A stretch of DNA of 64,000 nt from Leucoraja ocellata (lineage: Eukaryota): assembly GCA_036785375.1 (NCBI GenBank), contig JAWMAR010000002.1:13888001-13952000 (forward strand). The letters run 5' to 3'. A model generated the notes under the pieces. That model did no database searches, was not told the origin of the DNA, and saw nothing but the letters and a program-made list of their open reading frames with translations. Made by a program: the position numbers and the translations under genes. Below are positions 62,401-64,000 of this stretch, one piece after another; position 1 is the first letter of the stretch; each line of letters begins with the position of its first letter.

Positions 62401-62678
62401 TTTGACAGGTCTTGTTTTTGGTCCTGCTGGGGGTCCACAGCCCCCTCCTCACCTGGCAAACCGGTTGGGGGAGACGGTTTAGTCGCCGACTATCCGACCA
62501 TGGAGCAGGTAGCACGGGATTACATGGTACCCGTGGTGGTGGGAACTCCCCCACCTCAACCCGACCTGACCTCACTAAATGGGAGATTGAATTAAATTCT
62601 GGGTTTGCCACAGTGGGATTTAATAATCAATACACTATACATATGTATCATTACTAATGATACCCTTGTGTCATTACT

Positions 62679-62733
62679 GGGGTGAGAAGATTGCAACCTT
62701 CACATGTTCCGCCCTGTTTCCACGAATGCAATC
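62679..62733 (+). ncRNA. Minimal (P4-less) HDV-like ribozyme fold, partly decayed
   Basis: GGGGUGA GAA GAUUGCA ACC UUCACAU GUU CCGCCCU GU UUCCA CGAA UGCAAUC. P2 is a perfect 7 bp, P1 pairs 6 of 7 with G1-U, P3 has one mismatch, J4/2 is CGAA (C at 62723). Confidence 0.75.
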
Positions 62734-62820
62734 AACCCAGCTTGGACAATCAAATAAGATCAAATAGAACAAGTTGTCCTACAACTTTAGGCTGTGCACA
62801 CCATACGCACGAAGAAGAAG
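62679..62820 (+). mobile_element. Short non-autonomous retroposon, family B: minimal HDV-like ribozyme head and (GAA)3 tail
   Basis: Starts GGGG at the ribozyme G1 and ends ccatacgcacgaagaagaag. Imperfect TSD attact (62673-62678) / actact (62821-62826). Confidence 0.75.
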
Positions 62821-63026
62821 ACTACTAAGGGTAGCTCCACTTTTCAGAAGACATTGACGATTGCACGACATTTGACAATTGACAGGTGTGGTTGGCCTGG
62901 AAAATTGGTTGGCTATTTGTGTTACCAACTATTTTTACATCCCTTTGAATTGGTCCAGAAAATATCAACCGGATCTAAATCAGTTGGGAAGGTTGACCGA
63001 GGAATGGCGAAGAGAAATTAACTCTA

Positions 63027-63250
63027 TGTAGGAAGGAACTGCAGATGTTTGTTTACACCGGAGATAGAATTAAAATGCTGGAGTAACTCAGCGGGACAGG
63101 CAGTATCTCTGGAGAAAAGGAATAGGTGACGTTTCGGGGCGAGACCCTACTTCAGACTGAGAGTCGAGGAGAGTGAAGTTAGAGGTAAGAAAAGGTACAG
63201 AACAAATCAGAGCCGGTACCGATGATGCAGGAAAGGTGGGGTCCATAATG
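63027..63250 (-). mobile_element. Penelope pLTR fragment
   Basis: ggtgacgtttcggggcgagaccctacttcagact arm. Confidence 0.75.
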
Positions 63251-63289
63251 GTTCTGGAATTTAACTCTGACAAGTAGGTCAAATCAGGG

Positions 63290-64000
63290 CAGGACTCACA
63301 AGGTAAATGGTAACGCCCTGGAGAGTGTTGCAGAATAAAGAGATCTGGGAGTGTAGGCACACAGTTCCCTAAAAGTTGCAAAGCGCGTTGACAGGGTGGT
63401 GAAGGAGGTATTCGGCATGCTTGCCTTCATTGGGAATAGTATTGACTGCAAATGTTGAGACATAATGATGCAGCTGTACAATTCTTTGGTGAGACCATGC
63501 CTGGGCTACTGTGTATATTTCCGGATGTCCATGTGGACTAAGATGCTCCATCTGCACTAATACCATCTGTCCACGGTTTGGCCCATATCCCTCTAAACCT
63601 TTCATGTACCTGTCCAAATGTCATTTAAAAATCATACCTGCCTCAACTACCTTTCTTTCCAATGTATCTAACTTGGACTTACAGGCTTGAGCTCTAGGGA
63701 GTGGCTAGATAAACTGAGATGTTTTCTTTGGCATGTAGGAGGCTGAGGGATGACCTTATTGAAATATTCATGAACTTGAGCACATGAATAAAGTGAATGC
63801 TCACCATCTTCTACCTAGGGTGGAGGATTCTAAAACTATAGGGCAGAGATGTAAGGTGAGAGGGGAAAGATTTAAGAAGGACCTCAGAGACTAATTTCTG
63901 CCAGAGCAAGCTATAAAAGCAGATATGATTATGACTGTCAAAAGATTTTAGGACAGTGTATGGATAGGATAGCTTTAGAGGCCCATGGGCCAAATGCAGG
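63290..64000. mobile_element. Cluster of degenerate CR1 fragments (+, -, +)
   Basis: EQRDLGV/RVVKEVFGMLAF-like, MDRYMKGLEGYGP and RRLRDDLIE remnants. Confidence 0.75.

Noticed and set aside
62420-62560. Possible HDV-like or twister ribozyme (cctcctcacctgg; gaggaggggg)
   Set aside because: I could not find P1 and P2 partners for an HDV fold, or the twister L4 (UCCCAAGC-like) motif.

Overview
Repeat-dense vertebrate genomic DNA, most likely from a cartilaginous fish (skate/ray-like, inferred from HE1-type V-SINEs and HER1-type CR1 LINEs). I recognise no host protein-coding gene. The ORFs I can assign are decayed retroelement fragments (CR1, Rex1/Babar, Penelope, L2); the rest look like chance or low-complexity ORFs, so this is probably intergenic DNA or a large intron. 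The window also holds PIF/Harbinger-like MITEs, non-autonomous Helitrons, GC-rich non-autonomous retroposons and three assembly gaps. Main finding: three tiny (about 140-190 bp) non-coding retroposons of two families (20364-20555 -, 43452-43634 -, 62679-62820 +). Each starts exactly at the predicted cleavage-site G of an HDV-like ribozyme fold, ends in a (GAA)n tail and is flanked by a target-site duplication (TSD). Their ribozyme cores closely resemble the mammalian CPEB3 ribozyme as I recall its sequence. Many Penelope-derived fold-back elements also carry minimal hammerhead motifs, including one with a perfect 9-bp helix I (51407-51452). Repeat boundaries were read by eye and are approximate unless a TSD is given; family names are by recognition, not database search.
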